Source: Candidatus Peribacteria bacterium (lineage in GTDB: Bacteria; Patescibacteriota; Gracilibacteria; Peribacterales; Peribacteraceae). Taken from it: 64,000 nucleotides of DNA. The DNA is taken from assembly GCA_943350395.1 (NCBI GenBank), contig CALRAD010000003.1:20747-84746 (forward strand), written 5' to 3'. The position numbers and the translations under genes were made by a program. The notes beneath the pieces were generated by a model, which ran no database searches, was not told the origin of the DNA, and saw only the letters and a program-made list of their open reading frames with translations. This document shows, one piece after another, positions 1 through 8,270 of the stretch; position 1 is the first letter of the stretch, and each line of letters begins with the position of its first letter.

Positions 1-390
1 CGACAGGATTGTTGAGACGATCAGTCCGGAGAGCGAGAATCCAAACAGTGCGGTGATGAGGATAGAGAGGACTGTGCCGGTGTCTTTCGTGTGCGTCAGT
101 TCGATGCCGCTTTTTGTGACGAAGATGATCAGGCAGATGGCGAAAGCGAAAATTTTCGCGAGAGAGATCAACGTGATGTCGAGAGGGATGCCGACCGACC
201 GGAAAACGGCATCGCCGTCACCGATCAGACGTGTCAGAATATTGCCGATGCCGAGTGTGGCAATCATTGCAATATAGGCTGCGACGATGAGTTTCGTCGA
301 TCTGTCCTTTCCGATGAGGAAGCTGTAGCTCATGACGACGGCGAAGAAGACGACGATGAAAAGATCCCAACTCAGTGACAGTAACATCAT
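1..390 (-). CDS. Hypothetical membrane protein, partial (runs off the left edge)
   Basis: Not in the ORF track. Manual reverse translation from ATG 390 gives MMLLSLSWDLFIVVFFAVVMSYSFLIGKDRSTKLIVAAYIAMIATLGIG..., open to base 1 with several TM segments. A TACACT -10 box lies 6 nt upstream. Confidence 0.75.
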   Translation of the reverse strand, partial: MMLLSLSWDLFIVVFFAVVMSYSFLIGKDRSTKLIVAAYIAMIATLGIGNILTRLIGDGDAVFRSVGIPLDITLISLAKIFAFAICLIIFVTKSGIELTHTKDTGTVLSILITALFGFSLSGLIVSTILS

Positions 391-396
391 GAAGAC

Positions 397-406
397 AGTG
401 TACACT
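397..406. promoter_or_regulatory. Palindromic bidirectional -10 element (AGTGTACACT)
   Basis: Reads TACACT on both strands, each exactly 6 nt from a divergent ATG (390 minus, 413 plus). Confidence 0.6.
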
Positions 407-412
407 TCCTGC

Positions 413-1282
413 ATGCGTCACGGATTCCTTCTCGTTCATAAACCCAAAGGTCCCACGAGTCACGATATCGTGGCTCAGCTTCGAAGGAGTCTCGGAGAGC
501 AAAAAATTGGTCATCTCGGCACGCTCGACCCGCTTGCTTCGGGATTGATGGTGCTTGCGGTCGGTGGCAAAGCGCTCAAGGTTGTCGAGCTTTTTAACAA
601 GTTGCCGAAAGTGTACGAGGCAGGAATTACACTTGGCACGACTAGCACGACCTACGACAGCGAAGGAGTTCTTGAGGTACAGAAGCCAAAGGCCGGGTGG
701 CTTCCTCCGGACGATGCGTCGCGCATCCAAGCTTTGATTGACGATCGATTCCTCGGAAAAATCCAGCAAGTGCCTCCTGCATTCTCCGCTATTCATGTTG
801 GCGGTGAGCGAGCGTACAAGAAAGCGATGCGAGGGGAAGATGTCGAGATGCAGGCGCGAGAGACCACCATTTCCGTGTGCAAAGTGACCGGCTATTCTTT
901 TCCGATGGTGACGCTCGAAGTGCACTGCGACAGCGGCACGTACATTCGCTCGCTCGCGCACGATCTCGGGATTAGTCTTCGTTGTGGTGGTTATCTCTCG
1001 TCGCTTGTTCGCACGGCGGTAGGGGAGTGGCGTCTCAAGAATGCGCTCGCGCCGGATGCCATTCGCTGGATCGATGTTGTGCCGCTCAAGGACATTTTGA
1101 CGGGATTTGTTTCCCGTGAACTGAGTACTTCGGAGTGGGGGGAGATTCAGCATGGTCGACCGATTGAGGGCGATATGGACCCCGAAGTGCCCTTCATTGC
1201 TTGGTTCGATGGTCTTCCGGTTGCTCTCCTCGAGAGGTCAAGAAAGAGCGAAGGGATGCTGAAACCGAGGAAGGTGTTTTGA
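413..1282 (+). CDS. truB: tRNA pseudouridine(55) synthase TruB
   Basis: Motifs HKPKGPTSHD, GHLGTLDPLASG, QVPPAFSA, CDSGTYIRSLAHDLG. Start trimmed to MRHGFLL. Confidence 0.96.
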   Translation: MRHGFLLVHKPKGPTSHDIVAQLRRSLGEQKIGHLGTLDPLASGLMVLAVGGKALKVVELFNKLPKVYEAGITLGTTSTTYDSEGVLEVQKPKAGWLPPDDASRIQALIDDRFLGKIQQVPPAFSAIHVGGERAYKKAMRGEDVEMQARETTISVCKVTGYSFPMVTLEVHCDSGTYIRSLAHDLGISLRCGGYLSSLVRTAVGEWRLKNALAPDAIRWIDVVPLKDILTGFVSRELSTSEWGEIQHGRPIEGDMDPEVPFIAWFDGLPVALLERSRKSEGMLKPRKVF

Positions 1283-1325
1283 GAAAAATTGACAGAGAAT
1301 ATAAACGATGAATAATGACATTTAT

Positions 1326-1889
1326 ATGAGCGAATGTGTTCACGAAAAATCCTGGAGTTTCGGCGGAATTCTTCGAGAACAATGGGGCACTGAAAAGTCC
1401 ACGCACAAGCAGCAGGAATATCCGAGAGTATTACTGCAGGCTATGGCACAAGTACGCGCGGAGTGTATGGAATTTCTGAATAGGCACCTCGGGGAGGATC
1501 AAAATTTTTTTCATACGTGGTTGACGGAAGAAATGCTCATGAATGCCATACATCATGGCAATGATTTCGATCCTGAATTGATTGTTGAGGTGCAGATTGT
1601 TGTGAGCGAGGTGATTGATAGTTCGGTTCGTAAGCTCTTCTGTCTTATGCATACCGTCGATGAGGGCATGTTCTTTAATCCTGCGGATGTACCGAAACCG
1701 ACGAATGATGAAATGTTGGCAAATCCCACAGGCAGAGGAGTGCATGTCACTGGGGAGCTTGCGGAGAAGTATTACGGGCACAAGTCGACGATGAGTGTGG
1801 ATGCTTCAGTCTTTCCTAAGGGACGCTCCTCCGGAAAGCGCGTTAGTTTCCAGTGGTATCGCGAGGTTCCTGTCGTCGCAGCATCGTGA
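1326..1889 (+). CDS. RsbW/SpoIIAB-like anti-sigma Ser/Thr kinase (HATPase_c_2 fold)
   Basis: N-box EEMLMNAIHHGN, G1-like DEGMFFNP, G2 PTGRGV. TTGACA (1289)-16-AATAAT (1311) favours ATG 1326 over 1308. Confidence 0.75.
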   Translation: MSECVHEKSWSFGGILREQWGTEKSTHKQQEYPRVLLQAMAQVRAECMEFLNRHLGEDQNFFHTWLTEEMLMNAIHHGNDFDPELIVEVQIVVSEVIDSSVRKLFCLMHTVDEGMFFNPADVPKPTNDEMLANPTGRGVHVTGELAEKYYGHKSTMSVDASVFPKGRSSGKRVSFQWYREVPVVAAS

Positions 1890-1945
1890 ATCATCACATC
1901 GAAGATTGAATCACCATCGTTTTGCTGCTAGGATTTTTCCGCTCC

Positions 1946-2021
1946 GGATCGGTAGCTCAGTTGGTAGAGCAGGAGACTCTTAATCTCTTGGTCGCGGGTT
2001 CAAGTCCCGCCCGATCCACCA
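1946..2021 (+). tRNA. tRNA-Lys(CTT)
   Basis: 76-nt cloverleaf GGATCGG...CCGATCC-ACCA, anticodon loop CT-CTT-AA, TTCAAGT T-loop, encoded CCA. Confidence 0.95.
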
Positions 2022-2049
2022 TTTTTTGTTGGCAGACTTCGCATCATTC

Positions 2050-2787
2050 CTACAGCTTCGCAGCCGAAGATGATATTGCAGCAACGGATTTCTCGATCTC
2101 TTCCAAGAGATCTTTCGCAAGCTGCTTCACGATCTTCAACTGATCTTTTTCCAGTTCCTTTTCGATGCTCACAATCACTTCCTCCGCTCTGGGGTTGCCG
2201 CTTTCTCGTGCCGCAGTAAACCACGCGTAGGCCTTGCCAATGCTGGGTTCTACGCCTTCTCCTTTGGCTTCCATGACGCCGAGGTTGAACTGCGCTTCGC
2301 TGAAATTTTGCATCGCCGCCTTCGTGAAGAGTCCGTGCGCCTTCAGGAGATCCTGCGTCACTCCCTCGCCGCGGTAGTACATCACGCCGAGATTGAACTG
2401 CGCACGCTCGTTGCCTTGGTCAGACGCCTGCTGAAACAGCGCGAGTGCCTTGGAAAAATTTTGCGTCACTCCTTCACCGACGTAGTACATGACACCAACA
2501 TTAAACTGCGCTCGCGGCTCGCCAAGGGCTGCCGCTTTCTCAAACCATTTCCTCGCGAGTGTCAGATCTTTTGTCACACCGTTGCCGTCATGGTACAGAG
2601 CTCCAAGATCGAACTGCGCTTCTCTATCGCCTTCGTTGGCTCTTTTCTCGATTGAGACTCTCGATTCTGCTTTTTTGGAACCTGATCCCGATGCAGGATC
2701 GGGGACTTCGGTCTTGCCTCCTCTCGTGCAAGCGACGAGGAGAATGCAGGAGACAACGGCGGCGAGAGGGATGCGGGCGATTTTCAT
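2050..2787 (-). CDS. Sel1-like repeat lipoprotein
   Basis: Lipobox LLVAC and four 36-aa repeats of the form AQF(N/D)(L/V)G.(M/L)...G.GV. Confidence 0.92.
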   Translation of the reverse strand: MKIARIPLAAVVSCILLVACTRGGKTEVPDPASGSGSKKAESRVSIEKRANEGDREAQFDLGALYHDGNGVTKDLTLARKWFEKAAALGEPRAQFNVGVMYYVGEGVTQNFSKALALFQQASDQGNERAQFNLGVMYYRGEGVTQDLLKAHGLFTKAAMQNFSEAQFNLGVMEAKGEGVEPSIGKAYAWFTAARESGNPRAEEVIVSIEKELEKDQLKIVKQLAKDLLEEIEKSVAAISSSAAKL

Positions 2788-2890
2788 AGTGCGGGGAGCC
2801 TACACCAGTCGCCAAAGGCGTGCAAATGACCTTGCGTCAAGAGCGCGGACGATTATACTTCGCGCGTTCTAGCTTCCCCCACCTTCTCGT

Positions 2891-3088
2891 ATGTTGGATT
2901 TTGAATTCTCAGCTACTTCCTTTGGCGGTCGCGGTGACGGTGACGATGACGATGACGACAAGGTGCAGGACATCGATGATGAAACCGATGACGCAGATTT
3001 CGAAGACGATGCCGATGATCTTGATGAAGAGGATCAGGCGCTTCGGAGTCTCAATGAGGCGGCGGATGACGACGATGACGATCTGTAG
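2891..3088 (+). CDS. Small, extremely acidic protein (65 aa)
   Basis: About half Asp/Glu, with GAT/GAC/GAA codon periodicity. Upstream TTGCGT...TATACT promoter-like sequence and a C/U-rich leader. Confidence 0.65.
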   Translation: MLDFEFSATSFGGRGDGDDDDDDKVQDIDDETDDADFEDDADDLDEEDQALRSLNEAADDDDDDL

Positions 3089-3186
3089 TCACGGTTCGAG
3101 ACACACTGATGTGTTCCTCACCGTGACAGCTTGTTTTGTGTTGTCATGCTGAGGAGCGCGAACATCAGTGAGCGCGTCTCGAAGCA
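3088..3186. repeat. Inverted pair of REP-like palindromes (GTCAnnnTGAGGA...GTCTCGAA type)
   Basis: The left unit (rev-comp GTCACGGTGAGGAACACATCAGTGTGTCTCGAACC) mirrors the right unit (GTCATGCTGAGGAGCGCGAACATCAGTGAGCGCGTCTCGAAGC). Lies between convergent genes. Confidence 0.7.
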
Positions 3187-3819
3187 TTACTCTTTTTCGT
3201 TCGTCGCAGTCTTTCTGTCCATGCTCTCGATCGCATTTTTTTGGATCGTCCTCCAGTCGTAGGGGAACTTGAATGTCTCGAGTGCTCTGACAAGAGAGCC
3301 GAAACAGAGCCAAGTATTCGCGTGCTCATACACGAACGCATTGCCGCTTTCCTGCACTGGATTGTAGTTTGCAAGGAGTTCATCGGGGAGCGAGACCGGT
3401 ATGGTTCCGTAGCGCAGTGCATTCTCGATGTCGGTTGGGTCTGGTTCCGAGAAGAACATCGCAATGTCCGAACCGGCGAGCATAGTTCTAAGATGCTCCT
3501 CGTCATCGGGAACGATTGCCACACGGTGACTGTGTTTTTTTGCAAGTTCCAGAAAAAATTCTCCATACTTCTTCGATCCTCGTCCACGAATCACAATCGA
3601 GACTGGTAGTTCCAACATGCCCTCCATGACTGTTTCCATAAGCGGACCGCCTAGGATGTCCGTCATTCCGGTGGAAATGCAAATGACCGGTTGCTTGGGT
3701 TCAGCAACCCATCCGAGCTCTTCTTGGAGAGCTGTTTTGTTCTCCATCTTGTGTTCGATGGTGCGAGCCGAGTATTTGCGCGTAATTTTATTGTCGTACG
3801 CGGGAGAGAGAATAGCCAT
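3187..3819 (-). CDS. Glycogen/starch synthase C-terminal-half-like protein
   Basis: KMENKTALQEELG, ALRYGTIPV, SGNAFVY and DWRTIQKNA resemble the GlgA C-terminal domain. No N-terminal KxGGL domain. Confidence 0.7.
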   Translation of the reverse strand: MAILSPAYDNKITRKYSARTIEHKMENKTALQEELGWVAEPKQPVICISTGMTDILGGPLMETVMEGMLELPVSIVIRGRGSKKYGEFFLELAKKHSHRVAIVPDDEEHLRTMLAGSDIAMFFSEPDPTDIENALRYGTIPVSLPDELLANYNPVQESGNAFVYEHANTWLCFGSLVRALETFKFPYDWRTIQKNAIESMDRKTATNEKE

Positions 3820-3947
3820 CTCCTTATGATACCATATTTTGGCTTCCGGTTCACGTCTCAGGAGTTGTGAAATTTCGATATTGTTCTGCTATTATAGTTT
3901 TTCCGGAAGAGCTTTCGACACAGCTCAGAAGCCTTTAAGCTGCACGC

Positions 3948-4940
3948 ATGAAGCATCTCGTCATCGTAGACGGCCACCACTTGTTGTATCGAGCTTACTG
4001 GGCCATTCCACGTACGATGAAGACATCCAAAGGCGAACAGGTGAATACGACGTTCGGTCTTGCAACGATGCTGCTTCAAATTCTGAAGACCGAGCAACCG
4101 GACTCACTTCTTTTTTGTTTTGATGCCGATGAGAAGACTTTTCGTCATCTTGAATACGAGGATTATAAAGGAGGAAGGGCGGAAACCCCCGATGATTTCT
4201 ATCCTCAGGTGCCGAGGGCTCTCGCATTCATCGATTCGTTTGGGATCAAGAGTGTTTCTGGCAATCTCATGGAGGCGGATGACTATGCTTGCACCTATGC
4301 AAGGCGAGCCGAGGAGACTGGTGATCGGGTGACGATCGTCACGGGGGATCGCGATCTCTTCCAATTGTCCTCCGAGCGAATACGCGTCGCCATTCCCCAT
4401 AAGGGATACCAAATGCCCGAGTATATGGGTCCCGCAGAAATCTATAAGAAGTACGGGGTCACTCCTGTACAGATTCCCGCATACAAAGGCTTGGTTGGTG
4501 ATGCTTCGGATAATCTGAAGGGCGTCAAAGGTATTGGACCGAAGGCGGCAGAGGCATTGCTCCAGGAATACAGGACACTTGAAAATATCTATGAGCATCT
4601 CCCAAGCATCAAGGGATCCAGAAGAGCGCTGCTCGAGTCGGGGAGAGAACAAGCTTTCTTCTGTCAGCGCATGGCGGTGTTGAAGTGCGATATTCCTTTG
4701 CCGGTTCCGATGGATGATCTGCGGTTTAGTGACATTGATGCAGATCCTGTTCGTGCTTTTCTTTCTGAGCTCGAATTCGTATTGGTTCTCAAAAGGTTTG
4801 ATGCACTTCTTTCAACGCAATTCGGCCTTTCACATTTCAAGAGCAGTTCGGATACTGTTTTTGCTCATCAAGAAGGGCTCCCTGAGAAAACAGTTCGTTC
4901 GAAACCAATGCAGGAGAGCGCACAACTTTCTTTGCTCTAA
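3948..4940 (+). CDS. Stand-alone 5'-3' exonuclease/flap endonuclease (Pol I N-terminal domain homolog)
   Basis: Motifs VDGHHLLYRAY, YKGGR, EADD, VTGDRD, GDASDNLKGVKGIGPK. No polymerase domain. Confidence 0.9.
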   Translation: MKHLVIVDGHHLLYRAYWAIPRTMKTSKGEQVNTTFGLATMLLQILKTEQPDSLLFCFDADEKTFRHLEYEDYKGGRAETPDDFYPQVPRALAFIDSFGIKSVSGNLMEADDYACTYARRAEETGDRVTIVTGDRDLFQLSSERIRVAIPHKGYQMPEYMGPAEIYKKYGVTPVQIPAYKGLVGDASDNLKGVKGIGPKAAEALLQEYRTLENIYEHLPSIKGSRRALLESGREQAFFCQRMAVLKCDIPLPVPMDDLRFSDIDADPVRAFLSELEFVLVLKRFDALLSTQFGLSHFKSSSDTVFAHQEGLPEKTVRSKPMQESAQLSLL

Positions 4941-5173
4941 ACAAAGAGATCGTATACTTTTTGTATTCATATATTTTTTGATGAACACAAAATTTGAAAT
5001 GCGATGTTTTTTTTCTTTTCCTGATTCACAATCGATAAAATTTTAGCAGTCGCTTTTTTCACTGCGTGAATACCAAACGTAGTCAATCCGCTATTGCAGC
5101 TATTTCCACTCTTTCTCTAGACTTCGAGACATTACGCAGACGGAGCATTTTCCTTTCCTCACCACCATTTATT

Positions 5174-6415
5174 ATGGCCAAAGAACGCGTTGTGTCAAGT
5201 CTTGATATCGGAAGTTCTAAGATTCGCATCATCGTCGCTGTTGTCGATGATAAAGACGGTGGTCATGTTCCGAGCGTCATCGGCGTCGGTATTTCGCCAT
5301 CGCTTGGGATGCGTAAAGGTCACGTGATCGACATCGAAGAGACGATCCATAACATTATCTCCGCACTCGAAGATGCCGAGCGAATGGCGGGAGTTCCCAT
5401 CAACCATGTGTTCGTCGGCATGAGCGGCAGTCATATCGAGGCATTCGACAGCCGCGGAGTGATCGCGATCTCCGGAAGCGAAATTACGGTGGAAGACATT
5501 GCGAGAGTGCTGGAGGCTGCACAAGCGGTCAGCATCCCCAGTAACAGACGTATTCTGCACATCGAACCCAAGTCCTACGCAGTGGATGAACAGCGAGGCA
5601 TCAAAAATCCTGTCGGTATGACCGGGATTCGTCTCGAGGTCGAGGCGCATATTATTACCGGGCAAATCCAACACGTGAAGAACCTCGAGAAATGTGTGGA
5701 TCAGGCGGGAGTCGACATCGATTCACTCGTTCCGGCGACGATTGCTATCTCGGAAGCCGTGCTTACGAAGCGTCAGAAAGAACTCGGCGTTGTGACGATC
5801 GATATCGGCGCAGGATCCACCAGCGTTTCGGTGTTCGAAGAAGGCACGATCCTTCACTCTGTCAGCCTCCCGGTTGGAGGAGAGAATGTGACGAATGACA
5901 TTGCCATTGGACTCCGCACCTCGATCGACACGGCGGAGAAGATCAAGATCGAATTCGGGTCCGTTCTTCCGGCGGAGATCCAGGAACGCGAGATGATCGA
6001 TCTCTCCACGGTAAGCAAAATGGACACGCAGACTGTCAGTAAGAAATACATGGCGGAGATCATGCAGGCGAGGTATTACGAAATTTTCTCACTCGTGAAG
6101 GAGGAACTGAAGAGGCTCGGCAGAGATGGCCTGCTTCCTGCGGGGGCTCTTCTCACGGGAGCCGCTGTGAAAGCTCCGGGTGTTCTCGACATCGCACGCG
6201 AAGTTCTCGGTCTTCCGGTACAGATGGGCTTCCCGGTCGAGATCGGAGGTGTCATCGAGAAAGTCGACGATCCAGCGTACGCAACCGCACTCGGAACACT
6301 GCTGTGGGGTGTGCGTGAAGGTCACCGTCATTCCGCGAGCTTCTCGATGGCGGACTTCGACGTGAAGCGCGCATTCGGTCAGGTCGGTTCGTGGTTTAAA
6401 AACTTACTTCCGTAA
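5174..6415 (+). CDS. ftsA: Cell division protein FtsA
   Basis: Motifs LDIGSSKI, IDIGAGST, VGGENVTNDIA and amphipathic C-terminus WFKNLLP. Directly upstream of ftsZ. Confidence 0.97.
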   Translation: MAKERVVSSLDIGSSKIRIIVAVVDDKDGGHVPSVIGVGISPSLGMRKGHVIDIEETIHNIISALEDAERMAGVPINHVFVGMSGSHIEAFDSRGVIAISGSEITVEDIARVLEAAQAVSIPSNRRILHIEPKSYAVDEQRGIKNPVGMTGIRLEVEAHIITGQIQHVKNLEKCVDQAGVDIDSLVPATIAISEAVLTKRQKELGVVTIDIGAGSTSVSVFEEGTILHSVSLPVGGENVTNDIAIGLRTSIDTAEKIKIEFGSVLPAEIQEREMIDLSTVSKMDTQTVSKKYMAEIMQARYYEIFSLVKEELKRLGRDGLLPAGALLTGAAVKAPGVLDIAREVLGLPVQMGFPVEIGGVIEKVDDPAYATALGTLLWGVREGHRHSASFSMADFDVKRAFGQVGSWFKNLLP

Positions 6416-6434
6416 TAATTTTCTCCCCCTATCT

Positions 6435-7682
6435 ATGTCAGACACACTCCGCTCACTCTTCTCCGGTTCCAAGAATTCTTCTTCCGGTTCACAGCCCAAA
6501 AGCTCATCGGGTTTTGACGATGCGGGCAGCACTCCGTCAACTGGATATCAGGAAGTGCGTCCGGATATTGCTCCGAACGCAATCATCCGCGTCATCGGTG
6601 TCGGTGGTGGCGGAACGAATGCGGTCTCACGCATGATCAGCAGCAAAGTGGGAGGTGTCGAATTCATTGCAGTTAACACCGATGCGCAGGCGCTTTTCCA
6701 CAATGCAGCGCCCACAAAAGTGAATATCGGCAGAGGAACGACCAGGGGACTCGGTGCAGGTGCCAATCCCGACATTGGTTTGCAGTCTGCAAAGGAAAGT
6801 TCCGAGGAGCTCAAGAAAGCGATGGAGGGTGCGGATCTGATTTTCATCACCGCGGGACTCGGAGGCGGTACCGGATCGGGTGCAGCTCCGTACATCGCTG
6901 AACTTGCCAGAAGTATGGGCATTCTGACCGTCGGTGTCGTGACGCGACCTTTCAGTTTCGAAGGTCTCCGTCGCCGCAAGCAGGCCGATGAGGCTCTCGA
7001 TGCACTCCGCGGAAAAGTCGATACGCTCATCACGATTCCGAATGACAAAGTTCTCTCGCTCATCGACAAAACAACTCCTCTCACCGAGGCGTTCCAGATC
7101 GTCGACGAGATCCTTCGTCACGGTATCGAAGGCATCGCAAGTCTTATTACGGTGCACGGTCTCGTGAACGTGGACTTCGCCGACGTTCGGTCTGTCATGC
7201 AAGATGCAGGTTCCGCGCTTATGGGTATCGGTTACGGTACGGGTGACAGCCGTGCGTCCGAGGCCGCGCGTGCTGCGATCGATTCTCCGCTCCTAGAGCT
7301 TTCGATCAGCGGTGCAAAAGGCATTCTTTTCAACATTACGGGTGGCAACGATATGTCCATGTTCGAGGTCGACGAGGCCGCACGCATTGTCACCGAGGCT
7401 GCCGATCCGGAGGCAAATATTATCTTTGGTGCCGTGATCGACGAGGCGTACACGGGACAGGTCAAGTGTACGGTGATTGCGACCGGTTTCGACGAGAAGA
7501 AAGACTCTGCCATGTCTTCTTCTTCGAACTCGATGCTCAAAGGGGTTCCTACGTTCAAGAAATTGCAGGATCAGGCAAGAGCAGACAAGCCGGATGACGC
7601 TGTTTTGAAGCTTGCAGGTCAGCAGCTCAATGAAGAAGAGCTGGAAGTTCCGACCTTCATGCGCAAGAAGATCGGGAAGTAG
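6435..7682 (+). CDS. ftsZ: Cell division protein FtsZ
   Basis: Motifs IGVGGGG, GLGAGANP, GGGTGSG, NVDFADV and C-terminal LEVPTFMRK. Confidence 0.98.
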   Translation: MSDTLRSLFSGSKNSSSGSQPKSSSGFDDAGSTPSTGYQEVRPDIAPNAIIRVIGVGGGGTNAVSRMISSKVGGVEFIAVNTDAQALFHNAAPTKVNIGRGTTRGLGAGANPDIGLQSAKESSEELKKAMEGADLIFITAGLGGGTGSGAAPYIAELARSMGILTVGVVTRPFSFEGLRRRKQADEALDALRGKVDTLITIPNDKVLSLIDKTTPLTEAFQIVDEILRHGIEGIASLITVHGLVNVDFADVRSVMQDAGSALMGIGYGTGDSRASEAARAAIDSPLLELSISGAKGILFNITGGNDMSMFEVDEAARIVTEAADPEANIIFGAVIDEAYTGQVKCTVIATGFDEKKDSAMSSSSNSMLKGVPTFKKLQDQARADKPDDAVLKLAGQQLNEEELEVPTFMRKKIGK

Positions 7683-7704
7683 AGGTTCGCTTTCGGAAGG
7701 GAAG

Positions 7705-7732
7705 GCAGGCGGGTGATCCCGCCTGTTTTTTT
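7705..7732 (+). terminator. Intrinsic terminator after ftsZ
   Basis: GCAGGCGGG-TGAT-CCCGCCTG followed by T7. Confidence 0.85.
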
Positions 7733-7735
7733 GAG

Positions 7736-7786
7736 CCTCACCCCAACCCCTCTCCCAGCGCTGATGCGCTTGGGGAGAGGGGGAGC
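7736..7786. repeat. BoxC-like pyrimidine-tail palindrome
   Basis: CCTCACCCCAACCCCTCTCCC...GGGGAGAGGGGGAGC; same family as the copies at 27753, 46196 and 47133. Confidence 0.75.
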
Positions 7787-7828
7787 TTCTCTTTGCTTCT
7801 GTCTTCGTAGGCACCTACCATAGCTTTC

Positions 7829-8257
7829 ATGAAAGTATCTATTCAGCGCATCGACGCAACACTCCCGCTTCCGTCGTATCAGACCTCCGGTTCCGCTGCA
7901 TTCGATTTTGTGACTCGCGAAACGACCGTCATCCAGCCAAAGTCGATGGGGTTGGTGCCTGGCAATGTGGTGGTGAAAGTGCCTGAAGGGTATGCACTTC
8001 TCGTCTTGCCGCGTTCGTCGCTTCCGCGCAAGAAAGGCCTGATCTGCCCGCACTCACTCGGGCTTATCGATCACGACTATCACGGTCCCAAAGACGAGAT
8101 TTTCGTGCAGGTGCAGAACGTGACGGATCTCCCGGTGACAGTCGAGAGAGGGGAGAGAATCGCCCAGGGGCTATTCGTAAAGATAGATCGTGCGGAGTGG
8201 CAGGAAGTGGCTTCGCACGGCGCAGAAACCCGCGGTGGATTCGGGAGTACGGGCTGA
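7829..8257 (+). CDS. dut: dUTP diphosphatase
   Basis: Motifs GSAAFD, PRSS, GLIDHDYHG, ERIAQ, RGGFGSTG. Confidence 0.96.
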   Translation: MKVSIQRIDATLPLPSYQTSGSAAFDFVTRETTVIQPKSMGLVPGNVVVKVPEGYALLVLPRSSLPRKKGLICPHSLGLIDHDYHGPKDEIFVQVQNVTDLPVTVERGERIAQGLFVKIDRAEWQEVASHGAETRGGFGSTG

Positions 8258-8270
8258 TCCTCTTTGAGGC

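Noticed and set aside
4941-5170. AT-rich spacer before ftsA as oriC or an ncRNA
   Set aside because: Only imperfect DnaA-box-like words and no convincing structure; most likely a promoter region.
7755-7772. CTGATG as a hammerhead ribozyme core or C/D box
   Set aside because: It is not CUGAnGA and has no GAAA partner or three-stem junction; it is a simple hairpin loop.
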